Below are positions 36,148 through 45,067 of a DNA stretch of 64,000 bases, piece after piece (position 1 is the stretch's first letter; each line of letters begins with the position of its first letter). The notes under the pieces are model-generated. The model saw nothing but the letters and a program-made list of their open reading frames with translations. It was not told where the DNA came from and made no database searches. The position numbers were made by a program, and so were the translations under genes. This DNA is from Bacteroidales bacterium UBA4788 (GTDB lineage Bacteria > Bacteroidota > Bacteroidia > Bacteroidales > VadinHA17): contig DHGW01000070.1 of assembly GCA_002402965.1 (NCBI GenBank), positions 19,380 through 83,379 on the forward strand, in the 5' to 3' direction.

Positions 36148-39100
36148 TTATCTGTCAGGCAGGTATACCAGCCTTGCCCTGTACGATATGCCATTGAGCT
36201 CTGCAGTCACTATATATACTCCCGGTGCAAGGCCTGCCTCTGACAGGTCAATCACCGAGGTGCCGTCAATCTCTTTCATCAGTACTGTTACCCCTGTCCA
36301 GGAGATGAACCTCAGTTTGACCGTTCCGCTCATCTCTTCGCCGGCACTCACAACCACCACACCGCTTGTCGGGTTGGGATAGATTTTAAGGTTGCCCCAT
36401 TGTTTTTGGAGTAATTCTGACACAGAGGTGGATACAGCGTCATCGGCAAAGGGTGAGCCGCCGGCATTCGCGGAGTGCCTCCAGTAGGAGGAGAGACCCG
36501 GGTCGCCCCCGGGGTCTGCCAGCTGCGGAACAAGCGAGAAGCCGTCGCCGTCCGCCGCAAGCGGCCATGGCGAGTCATCGGAATAGGTGAATGACAGTAT
36601 CCTGTTTTCGTTTTTATCGTTGATAAGTACAAATTCACCTGCGTTGGAAAGGTTGCCGCTGAAGTTGCCGCTGGGGCTTCTCCCGTAAAACGAATAGAAC
36701 TCCTCTGGCTTCGAGGCAATTACGTAAAATCCTTTCGGGGGAAGCATCTCCCCGTCAGGCACCCTGTAATATACCGCGGTGTCAACGGTAAGCCCGGAGA
36801 TGTTCACCGCATTCGCGCCTGTGTTTTTGAGCTCGAGGAACTCCAGGTCCTTCCCGTCAACGGTGTCATTGCCATTTATCAGGTCCGCAGGGTGATAATG
36901 GACCTCCGTCACCTTCAGATGGGAGTAGTCCTCATTGGCAGCCGAGAACCGGACCTCCTTCAATGCGCTCCATGACTGGCCGTCGAGGATGCGTGACCTG
37001 AAGATCATTGACGCTGATACAGTGAGATTTGAGCCGTTCTGTGCAGACACGGCCTTTCCTGACAATGTTCCTCCCGTGAGCCGCGGGTCACTGCCGTCAG
37101 TTGTATAGTAAATCTGACCTCCTGGATTTGGATTCATCAGCGTTATGATGACCGGGGATGAGATGATCCTCTCAGCCGTAAGTGTGAGGCCCGATTCTCT
37201 GACTATGGTTGGTTCCAGGGAGGGGTAGAGTCCCGCAGACTTCAGCTGGCTTATCACAATGTCTGACCTCACCGGGAAGAAGTTGTTCTCGATATCGGCA
37301 ACCTCGGGAAGCCAGTCGTCAATCCTGTCTTTCGGTTCCCAGCTCTTCGAATCTCCCCACCGGGCCGACTCGGCTATTATCGCCATGTCGACCTGCTCCT
37401 TCCTCGCGCGAAAGCGGTTGGTGCTCCTGCCGGGCGAAAGGGCGCCGCCGAGTGAGAAGTGTTTATAGGCCCTGTCCGCAAAGCGAAGCCTGTATTCGGC
37501 ATTGGAAGCCAGCCTGTGGTGCAGCCATTGTGGCTGGAAATTACTCAGGCCTGATACCGTCATCGCCGGATCATTGATCGTCACCCTGTTCTCGTTTATG
37601 CCATCGCTGAGCGAGTAACGGCTCACGAACATCGAATGCTCGGAGTCATGCGCCAGGAAGACAAATCCTTCTCCCTTGTTTTTTTTATTCAGGATGGCGT
37701 AGTAGTTGTTTGCCATGGCGTTGGAGGCGAAGGCCGAAACGGGTGCGTCGAAGTTACCGGTGTAGAATATCACCAGCATGTAATCTATCAGGTTGTCGAT
37801 GTCAACCCACACCCTCGTGTTCTTCACCGGTTTTCCGGTCTGGTCCTTTCCCTCAAGAGCGAAATAGTCCGCGTTGGAGGTGAAGCCCCGGGCAGACCTG
37901 TTGTACAGCTCCTGCCACGACTCCATTGTGCCGTCAGTCGCCTCGTTGAAATAGGGCCATGCCTCCACCGAGACCTTTATGACGTCATAGTCATCCTCGC
38001 TGTCGCCGAAGTAGGTCTCTGCATAATCGGCATCGGCACGTTCCTCTGTCTGGTACAGTCCCCAGTACATGCCGTTGAGGTAGAGGTGGTAATATCTTCC
38101 CCTGGTGTATGGCTGACCCATTTCGCGCTGCGTGTCCCTTGAGAAGATATCCCTCAGGAAGGTATTGTGCGAGTCGCCATCCATGCTCCATGAGTAGTTC
38201 TGCTCGGTTCTCAGGTCAACCTTGTCGAACTCGGTTGCGCCCTCATCGCCGAAGAGGGGATAGAACAGCTTGCCGGGCCCGTACTCTTTCCTGAAGAAGA
38301 AGCGGAAAGCATGCTTGGGGTTTTCGGGCTTGCGGCTGGCTCCGCCGCGTATGCGGACACCTGCATTGACACTGAACTCCACCGAGTTGTCAGTGTCAAT
38401 CAGCTCCAGCGAGCACTGCCGCTCCCACTCCTCGCCATGCATGTATGCGTTGACATAAATTCCTTGCGAGGGACTGAACATATCGGCATTTTCCGTCACA
38501 AGAGAGATCGACGGGATATCCATGAGGCTGGCCTCGATGTGCGGCCTGTAGCGCGGATCATTGACCACATCGGGGTCCATCGCCAGGTCAATCATCTGGC
38601 CGTTGACCGACGATGTGGGCCAGTCGGCCCCCGGGTGACCCTGGGTGAGTACCCTGTCAAGAAATATGAACGACCTGGTGACGGGCCTCGACGGGGAGTA
38701 ACCTTCCATGGCGAGCGAGGCGCGCACAATGAAAACCGGGGTCATGGGACGTCCGGCGGTTATTCCGGGATCGACCCTGACTGAAACGGCTGTGCTGCTG
38801 CGGATGGCTGTGGAAGATGTCTGGGGGTTGCTGCCGTCAATTGTATAAACTATATTGTACCCCGTTGCGCCGGAGGAGATTGCAAGATCGAAAGGAGCGT
38901 CACAGAAGCCGGCCTCCCGGCTGAAATTCAAAGGCATGCCGTCAGGGACTTCCGGAAGAGAGAGCGCGGCACTGATGCCAAGGTCGAAATAAAAGTCGGA
39001 GCTGTTAAGGGAGACATTGAATGCCTGGATGCAGAGGTAGTTTGTGCCTTCAACCAGCGGTACTTCGGTGGAATCAAGGGCGTATATCTCATAGGTGCCC

Positions 39101-39528
39101 GACTCATGGTTAGCTGTTGCGAAATTCGTGGCTGACAGCGTCGCCGGGGCGTTCCTGCTCATAACCCGGGTGCCGTTGACCCATATCACAAACCCGTCGT
39201 CATAGTTGACCGAGAACCGGATAGTCTTAATCCTGTCTGTGGCGAAGGCATTGAAACTGCTCCTCAGGTAAAGTGTGGAGTAGCCGTTCATCATGTCACC
39301 CAGCAACACCCCGCCGGCGCCGTCGCCGTAACGGAATGGCGCGTTACCCTGGCTCCAGCCGGAGTCATTGAATGCCCCGGTCATCCAGTCGCCCGGCAGG
39401 CTGGCAGCAGCTGAGCCTTTGAGGTATTTGTAACCTGAACCGGTGCTGAAATCAATCTGACCCTCAGTGACACTGCTCAGAAGGAGGGTGAGAGCGAGGA
39501 TGATAATATGTGGTCTTAAGCGCATCAA
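36148..39528 (-). CDS. CotH-family protein with lamin-tail domain (LTD) and T9SS type-A C-terminal sorting domain
   Basis: CotH core (YHLYLNGMYWGLYQTEER, VIFYTGNFD). Two CHB_HEX_C-like segments (YTIDGSNP, YYTTDGSDP). LTD (LKVTEVHYHPAD...LEFLELKNTG). CTD (KIYPNPTSGVVVV...). Confidence 0.9.
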   Translation of the reverse strand: MMRLRPHIIILALTLLLSSVTEGQIDFSTGSGYKYLKGSAAASLPGDWMTGAFNDSGWSQGNAPFRYGDGAGGVLLGDMMNGYSTLYLRSSFNAFATDRIKTIRFSVNYDDGFVIWVNGTRVMSRNAPATLSATNFATANHESGTYEIYALDSTEVPLVEGTNYLCIQAFNVSLNSSDFYFDLGISAALSLPEVPDGMPLNFSREAGFCDAPFDLAISSGATGYNIVYTIDGSNPQTSSTAIRSSTAVSVRVDPGITAGRPMTPVFIVRASLAMEGYSPSRPVTRSFIFLDRVLTQGHPGADWPTSSVNGQMIDLAMDPDVVNDPRYRPHIEASLMDIPSISLVTENADMFSPSQGIYVNAYMHGEEWERQCSLELIDTDNSVEFSVNAGVRIRGGASRKPENPKHAFRFFFRKEYGPGKLFYPLFGDEGATEFDKVDLRTEQNYSWSMDGDSHNTFLRDIFSRDTQREMGQPYTRGRYYHLYLNGMYWGLYQTEERADADYAETYFGDSEDDYDVIKVSVEAWPYFNEATDGTMESWQELYNRSARGFTSNADYFALEGKDQTGKPVKNTRVWVDIDNLIDYMLVIFYTGNFDAPVSAFASNAMANNYYAILNKKNKGEGFVFLAHDSEHSMFVSRYSLSDGINENRVTINDPAMTVSGLSNFQPQWLHHRLASNAEYRLRFADRAYKHFSLGGALSPGRSTNRFRARKEQVDMAIIAESARWGDSKSWEPKDRIDDWLPEVADIENNFFPVRSDIVISQLKSAGLYPSLEPTIVRESGLTLTAERIISSPVIITLMNPNPGGQIYYTTDGSDPRLTGGTLSGKAVSAQNGSNLTVSASMIFRSRILDGQSWSALKEVRFSAANEDYSHLKVTEVHYHPADLINGNDTVDGKDLEFLELKNTGANAVNISGLTVDTAVYYRVPDGEMLPPKGFYVIASKPEEFYSFYGRSPSGNFSGNLSNAGEFVLINDKNENRILSFTYSDDSPWPLAADGDGFSLVPQLADPGGDPGLSSYWRHSANAGGSPFADDAVSTSVSELLQKQWGNLKIYPNPTSGVVVVSAGEEMSGTVKLRFISWTGVTVLMKEIDGTSVIDLSEAGLAPGVYIVTAELNGISYRARLVYLPDR

Positions 39529-39779
39529 CCTGGATCAATAGAGGGTTATCCCGGGTATCACCAAATACACAGATATCCGGGGCACCCAAAAATAGCTGTT
39601 TTTAAGTTATACGGCCCTGGAGGGAATAGGTTCCCGTATGTTATGAAAGAGGTTTTCAGGAAAATTCTCCGGAAATTACAGTGAGGGCCGGCTTGTCATG
39701 TTCCGGTTGTTCCCTTTCACTGACGTCGCGCATGCGAAGTCATCAGTTTCCGTCACCTGGAGAGAGGAACGATGATCCG

Positions 39780-40001
39780 CTAAAAGAGAGCGTATTCCAC
39801 CCGCGTGATCTTCTTTGCTGCCTTGAGCGTGTCTTGCAGCAGGTCACTCAGGTGGTGGAGTTCAAACTCCTTTCCGCCCCTCTCCTTTGCGTAGAACTTA
39901 CTTATCTTCCCGGGCGATGACCTTATCACAACGTCCTTTGCCGGATTCATCAGGTAGGTTCTCCCATGCGGCAGGCTCATTATTGGAAAGTTGTAGTTCA
40001 T
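39780..40001 (-). CDS. Orphan 73-aa protein, unknown function
   Basis: Isolated ORF with protein-like composition in an otherwise non-coding 790-bp gap. No family recognised. Confidence 0.4.
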   Translation of the reverse strand: MNYNFPIMSLPHGRTYLMNPAKDVVIRSSPGKISKFYAKERGGKEFELHHLSDLLQDTLKAAKKITRVEYALF

Positions 40002-40315
40002 GTAGCTTGAATTACCTGTTGTTTTTCAAAGAATTGCCCCATTTTACCGGATACCTTCCTTTAATTTCAGGGGGCGTTCCGAACTTTATATATTAAACGT
40101 GCATTTTTCAAAATAATTGCTGACAGTTAGGCGTTTGCGCGAAATATTCATAGGTGTTGCCGGGATGGCCCGGTATTTGGACTTCAGGTCCGGAGCCGGG
40201 CATTGCTGAAGCGATGAAATATTGCTCCGGCAGAGGGTTCCGGATACGAATTTTAATGGCGGAGAGTTATATAGAATAACTGTTTAACTTCCTTCACAAA
40301 AACGTACGGCGAAGT

Positions 40316-41662
40316 ATGATGACGAGAACAGAGAAAGGCAGGCGGACATTCATGATTATGGCTGCAGTGTGCATGATTATCCTGTCGGCCAAAATTTCAG
40401 GCCAGGGTGTTATTGATACAGCCACGGTCACCGGGATTGCGCAGGATAGCACCGGGTGTCCTGAAAAGATTTCACTCTACAGGGCAGCGCATTTGAATGC
40501 TGACCCGGTTGTCGCCCTCGGATACTGGAGGGAAGCTCTTGCTTCGTGCCCTGAGGTCTCTGAGGACATTTATGCCGACGGCGAAGTGATGTACCGGGAG
40601 ATGTTTGACCTGACGGCCGGGCCGGAATACATCGACTCAATAATCATGATCCTGACGCAACGGACCTATTATTTCAACAATAAACCGGCGCATGACATGC
40701 ATAAGGCTGAGCTTCTGCTTGATCTTGCCGGAGACGATCCTGAGTACCTGGGATTATGCTACAATATACTTATGGAGGCAGCCGAGAGCTATCCTGATCA
40801 GATGGAGTGCGGTCATTTCGTGTGCCTGGCCACCGTGGCCGCCAGCCTTTATGCGATGGGGATCATTGACGCCGGAGAGATGTCGAACACATTTGTTACC
40901 TCCATCGGGACGGTTGATGACAGGATTGAAACAGGTACCGGCAGCTGCAGCAATGCGGAGGATCTGGAGAACATGGAAACCTTTTACCGTACCAGTGGTG
41001 CGATGACCTGCGAAGGGCTGGAGACACTTTATGCCCGGAAGGTCGACCGCAACTTCCGGGACACTCTGTTTATCAGCAAGGTCCGTGGTATGCTGACCGA
41101 GGCGGGTTGCACCGGCTCGGATCTCTATTATAATATTGCGGTGAAGATGTTTGCGAATAACCGTACAGCGGCGAATGCCGTCAGGCTTGCCGAGCTGAAC
41201 ATCTCCCGGAATGACACAGAGAGAGCCATTTCCTATTTCACTGAGGCCTACAATCGCGACACAACAGGTACTGTTCGTTCCGGGGTACTGATCCGGGTTG
41301 CATTGATGGAACTGGAGCAGGGCAAGAGGCAGGAGGCCAGGGACCGGGCGGAGCATGCTTTTCAGCTGAACAAAAAGAATGCTGATGCGCTGATGCTTCT
41401 CGCAGAGTGTTATGCAGGTGCCGAGCTTGGCAGCTCGTTTGACAATCACACTGCCTACTGGGTCGCGGTTGATTACCTTGAGGCGGCCATGAAGGTTGAT
41501 CCCTCGCTCAGGAAAGTGGCTGAAGGTAAGATCAGGGCATACTCCAAACTTTTCCCGACGAGGGAGGAGTGTTTTTACCGCAAGATACTTGACGAGGGCA
41601 CCGTATTCAATGTCGGTAGCTGGGTCAGCGAAGTGACCCGGGTCAGGTTCAGGAAAGAGTAA
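40316..41662 (+). CDS. Secreted TPR-like repeat protein
   Basis: Signal peptide/TM FMIMAAVCMIILSAKISGQG. Helical-repeat C-terminal half (AISYFTEAYNRD, ALMLLAECYAGA). Confidence 0.75.
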   Translation: MMTRTEKGRRTFMIMAAVCMIILSAKISGQGVIDTATVTGIAQDSTGCPEKISLYRAAHLNADPVVALGYWREALASCPEVSEDIYADGEVMYREMFDLTAGPEYIDSIIMILTQRTYYFNNKPAHDMHKAELLLDLAGDDPEYLGLCYNILMEAAESYPDQMECGHFVCLATVAASLYAMGIIDAGEMSNTFVTSIGTVDDRIETGTGSCSNAEDLENMETFYRTSGAMTCEGLETLYARKVDRNFRDTLFISKVRGMLTEAGCTGSDLYYNIAVKMFANNRTAANAVRLAELNISRNDTERAISYFTEAYNRDTTGTVRSGVLIRVALMELEQGKRQEARDRAEHAFQLNKKNADALMLLAECYAGAELGSSFDNHTAYWVAVDYLEAAMKVDPSLRKVAEGKIRAYSKLFPTREECFYRKILDEGTVFNVGSWVSEVTRVRFRKE

Positions 41663-41682
41663 CCAGGCAGGGTTTCAGGTCA

Positions 41683-42141
41683 CTATCTGTTCCAGATATT
41701 TAGTACAACTTTCCACTGACCATCGGTCTTTTTCCAAATGTCGACCCATTTTGCGGGATCATCAACAATCCCCTCCGGAGTCTTTTTCTTCAGGAGATCA
41801 GTGCCCCATACGTAAGCCAGGTCTCCGGATAATGAAACTTCCACGAAATCGATATTCATAGAATATGTTTCCCAGAGCCAGACAGTGTCTGCTAATTCGG
41901 TTTCAAATCTTTTACGGTAATCTTCAATACCTGTTATAGGAGGAACGTCAGGTACCAGGTGGACAAGGCCAGGCGCCGTTAAGCTCAGAAGCTTTTCAAT
42001 ATCCCTGTTCTGATAGGCAACCGTCATCTGATTCTCAAGATTACGCACTGCGTCTGCTTCGGCAGCAATATCGACTTTTGGCGAGGTGGTACAGCCGGCA
42101 ATTAAAAATAGAGCCGGAATAAACAAGACAAGTTTTTTCAT
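41683..42141 (-). CDS. SnoaL/NTF2-like (DUF4440-type) lipoprotein
   Basis: Lipobox LFLIAGCTTS. C-terminal WVDIWKKTDGQWKVVLNIWN is typical of NTF2-like cones. Confidence 0.8.
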   Translation of the reverse strand: MKKLVLFIPALFLIAGCTTSPKVDIAAEADAVRNLENQMTVAYQNRDIEKLLSLTAPGLVHLVPDVPPITGIEDYRKRFETELADTVWLWETYSMNIDFVEVSLSGDLAYVWGTDLLKKKTPEGIVDDPAKWVDIWKKTDGQWKVVLNIWNR

Positions 42142-42788
42142 GATCTGAAGTTTTAGGGTTAATGTTCTGATTATAACTCAGATCAAAGTTACAGCGGCAA
42201 AGTATCGAAGTCAAATAAAAGAAGGGTTAACAACCCGGGAAATTCAGCTGAAATGGGGAATTTACCAGACCTGTCCCCGCGGAATGATCTTCATGAGGCA
42301 GAGATCGTCGCCTAATACAACTCTTTTTGCCGTCTCATCGCTGCTTTCGTTCTTCACGGCACCATAAAGCACCTGTTCCTGGATTTTTCTGATGTCAAAC
42401 ATGATAATAATTTCTACCGTCTAAAACCGGGTAAAGATAATTGTAATGATACGTCGATGTCACCATAAAAGTGAATGCCATATGACCTGAAATCTAATCC
42501 TGCAGATGCTTCCGTTGGTCAAAAACAGAGATTTTGCCGGTAACAGGCCCATCAGTGACTAAGGATCAGATAATCAATGTCATGAACAAATGAATTCACT
42601 ACTGAATCACTTTATTGCTCTTTTGGACGTAAAAAACCGTCTCTTTTTGACGAGCCGTATATATCTATGTGTGAGTCGGCATTATCAGTCCATGAAACAT
42701 TGGAAAAATTTGAGGAGCAGGTATTGTAATGCACTCATAAATACCACCATAGGAGCCTGAGGGCCTTGTGCTGCGGGTCTTCATGGCG

Positions 42789-42796
42789 TAACTTTG
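42789..42796 (+). promoter_or_regulatory. Bacteroidota -7 promoter box TAACTTTG
   Basis: Exact match to TAnnTTTG, 25 nt upstream of the ATG at 42821. Confidence 0.45.
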
Positions 42797-42820
42797 CCCT
42801 GTTAGTCAAAACGAACAGCC

Positions 42821-43441
42821 ATGAAGACAATTAAACAGATTTCTTCGGGTTTAAAAGTTGCTTGCAGAAACTGGAAGTTTATCCGGGATCTGAAGCTAAA
42901 TCCGGTTCCTGTCGGTACTGCCGCTCGCTGCATCCTGCTCGGAATGATCTTTCTCCTGAACACTAATTTAGTTCCGGGAGGAAGTCCTGTAACGACAGAG
43001 GAGATGAAGCTCAGGGCTGAAAAGGATCTCTTCTATTTTGATATCAGGCACCAGCCATTTAGCGAAGACCTGCTGAAGAAATGCCTCGAATATGAAGGTG
43101 TGCTCTATCAGGATATCGTCATTTTACAGTCGCACCTTGAGACAGGGTATTTTACTTCGGATATATTTCTTAACGCGAACAACCTGTTTGGCATGAGATA
43201 TCCCATACACAGGCCAACAGTTGCAACGGGTATCTACAAGGAGCATGCTCAGTATGCACACTGGTCCGATTCTGTAATAGACTATGCCCTGTGGCAGAAG
43301 TATTACCTGTCGAGAGGTTACAGGCTTGAGAGTGAGATTGACAGCGATTTCTACCTTGTCTTCCTCAACTGCATCCCGTATGCCGAGGACAAGCGCTATG
43401 TTTCCAAGCTGGTGCAGATGTCAGGGGGCGATTTAACCTGA
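42821..43441 (+). CDS. Glucosaminidase-domain (mannosyl-glycoprotein endo-beta-N-acetylglucosaminidase-like) protein
   Basis: LQSHLETGYFTSDIFLNANNLFGMRYP matches the catalytic-Glu region of the glucosaminidase domain. N-terminal TM anchor. Confidence 0.8.
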   Translation: MKTIKQISSGLKVACRNWKFIRDLKLNPVPVGTAARCILLGMIFLLNTNLVPGGSPVTTEEMKLRAEKDLFYFDIRHQPFSEDLLKKCLEYEGVLYQDIVILQSHLETGYFTSDIFLNANNLFGMRYPIHRPTVATGIYKEHAQYAHWSDSVIDYALWQKYYLSRGYRLESEIDSDFYLVFLNCIPYAEDKRYVSKLVQMSGGDLT

Positions 43442-43579
43442 GACAGTCACCCTTTTCAGATAATGCCGGATGAACCCTGGATCCGGAACTCCTGGCAAAT
43501 ATTTGCTCAGGCGGACCTTAGATAGTAATTTTAGACTTTCATCTATCTATTCGAAAATCATCTTTATACCTCTTACCAA

Positions 43580-43897
43580 ATGAGCACAGCAAAAAAATCA
43601 CGGAGCTTTCCATACGGATTGGTAATCTTTATCCTTGTCCTGGCACTGTTTTACGCCACCAACCCTTCCGAGCAGCAGTTCACCTCCTTCCTGAAAGATA
43701 AGGTTCAGGAACAGGCCAGGGGTGACGAGACCATGGCTGGTGACCTGAAGAGAATACTGTCAGGACCGGCCGCATCGCTGGCGGGAATGGGGGCAGTCAG
43801 GAAGAACTATTATTTATGTTCAACCTACGAACTGGAGTTGCCGGGAGAGGAGCACCTGTACATTGGGCTCCTCGATCACTTCATCAGGTTGCAATAA
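43580..43897 (+). CDS. Small N-terminally anchored protein (DUF4359-like)
   Basis: 105 aa. TM GLVIFILVLALFYA followed by NPSEQQFTSFLKDKV. Confidence 0.55.
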   Translation: MSTAKKSRSFPYGLVIFILVLALFYATNPSEQQFTSFLKDKVQEQARGDETMAGDLKRILSGPAASLAGMGAVRKNYYLCSTYELELPGEEHLYIGLLDHFIRLQ

Positions 43898-44055
43898 CGG
43901 CCTGCCTCTTCACTGTTCGCAGGAATACCCCTGGCTCTCCCACTGTTCAATTGCATCCTGGCTGCATTCCCGGAACGACTCATTGCCCCTGGTGCACTTT
44001 TCGCAATAAAATACTTCGCACGAACTAAGTACATGACAAAAATTTACAACATTGG

Positions 44056-44591
44056 TTAACCCACATTACAGGGTATCCATACAAAAGTGATATAAAACGG
44101 GATATATTTTCTCAGGACTTCATTAATGAAGCTTGATGAATGTACATTTTGGGCTATATATAACATTATCAGAGAAATAGAGTATACCTTCAGAGTATTA
44201 AAAACCGACCTGGACCTGCGTCCCATCTATCATAAAACCGATGATGCCTCGATGGCACATCTGAACCTTGGTTTATTGGCCTACTGGTTAGTTGCAACCA
44301 TAAGATATCAGCTGAAACAAAATGGAATGAACTCCGGTTGGCGCGAAATGGTACGCTCGATGAACACCCAAAAGTGCGTAACAACAAGCGTGGTAAACAT
44401 CGAAAGGCAAACCATTTTAATACGACAATGCACGGAACCAACAAAGGAGACCAAGGCAATTTACGACTTGCTAAAATATAAATATGTCCCCTTTACAAGA
44501 AAAAAATCTGTAGGGACCCCTGCTGAAATTTTTTAAAATGACAGTCCATAATATCAGGCCTTTACAAACTTACCCCTGCAATGTGGGTTAA
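44056..44591 (+). mobile_element. Internally deleted IS4/IS1634-like insertion-sequence remnant bounded by imperfect ~20-bp inverted repeats
   Basis: Left end ttaacccacattacagggta (44056-44075). Right end tacccctgcaatgtgggttaa (44571-44591) is its reverse complement with 1 mismatch and 1 indel. Only the transposase C-terminus remains inside. Confidence 0.6.
44126..44536 (+). pseudogene. Transposase fragment (C-terminal ~135 aa of a DDE IS4/IS1634-family transposase)
   Basis: REIEYTFRVLKTDLDLRPIYHKTDDASMAHLNLGLLAYWL contains the E-x6-K end of the DDE/YREK region. The N-terminal DD region is absent. Confidence 0.7.
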
Positions 44592-44772
44592 TGAAAAAGT
44601 TCTTCTTTCCATGATCCTGATATTACTGTTTATACTTACAAATCCCTAAATTGTAATCCATAGAATACCAGTATATTACAGCTTATCAGGTGTCCAAAGT
44701 GATAATATTGAAAAGGGCACCGGATAAGCCACCAAGGCAGGTATATTGCGGTGATGAAACAGGGAAAAAGAC

Positions 44773-44807
44773 AAAAAAAGAATCCTGTAAACTCATATTT
44801 TACAGGA
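44773..44807 (-). terminator. Rho-independent terminator downstream of tRNA-Ala
   Basis: atcctgtaaa/tttacaggat forms a 10-bp stem with a 6-nt loop. The A7 run on the plus strand gives a U-tract on the minus strand. Confidence 0.6.
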
Positions 44808-44844
44808 TCCAATCTTTATAACTCGTTGATAATCAATAAATTAG

Positions 44845-44918
44845 TGGAGATAAGGGGAATCGAACCCCTGACCTTGTGACTGCCAGTCACACGCTCTAGC
44901 CAACTGAGCTATATCCCC
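44845..44918 (-). tRNA. tRNA-Ala (anticodon GGC)
   Basis: The reverse complement GGGGATATAGCTCAGTTGGCTAGAGCGTGTGACTGGCAGTCACAAGGTCAGGGGTTCGATTCCCCTTATCTCCA folds as a cloverleaf. G3:U70 Ala identity pair present. Anticodon loop CTGGCAG. CCA is not encoded. Confidence 0.95.
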
Positions 44919-45037
44919 TCTCTTTAAGAACTCCCCCGCGGCAGGCATGAACCCTCCAAACGCCCGGAGCGGTGCAAATATAGAAATTTTTTCCAAATCA
45001 CTTTATACCTTGCCGTCGGAGATGACAAACAATTTCG

Positions 45038-45045
45038 TAACTTTG
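45038..45045 (+). promoter_or_regulatory. Bacteroidota -7 promoter box TAACTTTG
   Basis: Exact TAnnTTTG match, 23 nt upstream of the TonB-family gene ATG at 45068. Confidence 0.45.
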
Positions 45046-45067
45046 AGGTGCCTATAACAATATCATA

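Noticed and set aside
40754-41449. 231-aa minus-strand ORF inside the TPR-protein gene
   Set aside because: It is an antisense shadow ORF. The plus-strand product has a signal peptide and TPR-like repeats, while the minus-strand product has no features.
42262-42402. 46-aa minus-strand ORF in the 679-bp gap
   Set aside because: It has no recognisable family, no promoter box and is short. It is mentioned in a finding but not called as a feature.
43905-44050. Cys-rich open frame on the minus strand (…CEVFYCEKCTRGNESFRECSQDAIEQWESQGYSCEQ*) running up to the left IS inverted repeat, possibly the 3' end of a gene disrupted by the IS
   Set aside because: It has no start codon. No continuation of the frame exists on the far side of the IS remnant. 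At ~47 codons it could be chance.
44845-44918. Direct repeat of the tRNA-Ala 3' end that would delimit an integrated element
   Set aside because: The only other ggggaatcgaacccct match is the T-arm of tRNA-Glu at 56466-56481, which is ordinary tRNA similarity. No partial copy was found between 39.6 and 44.8 kb.
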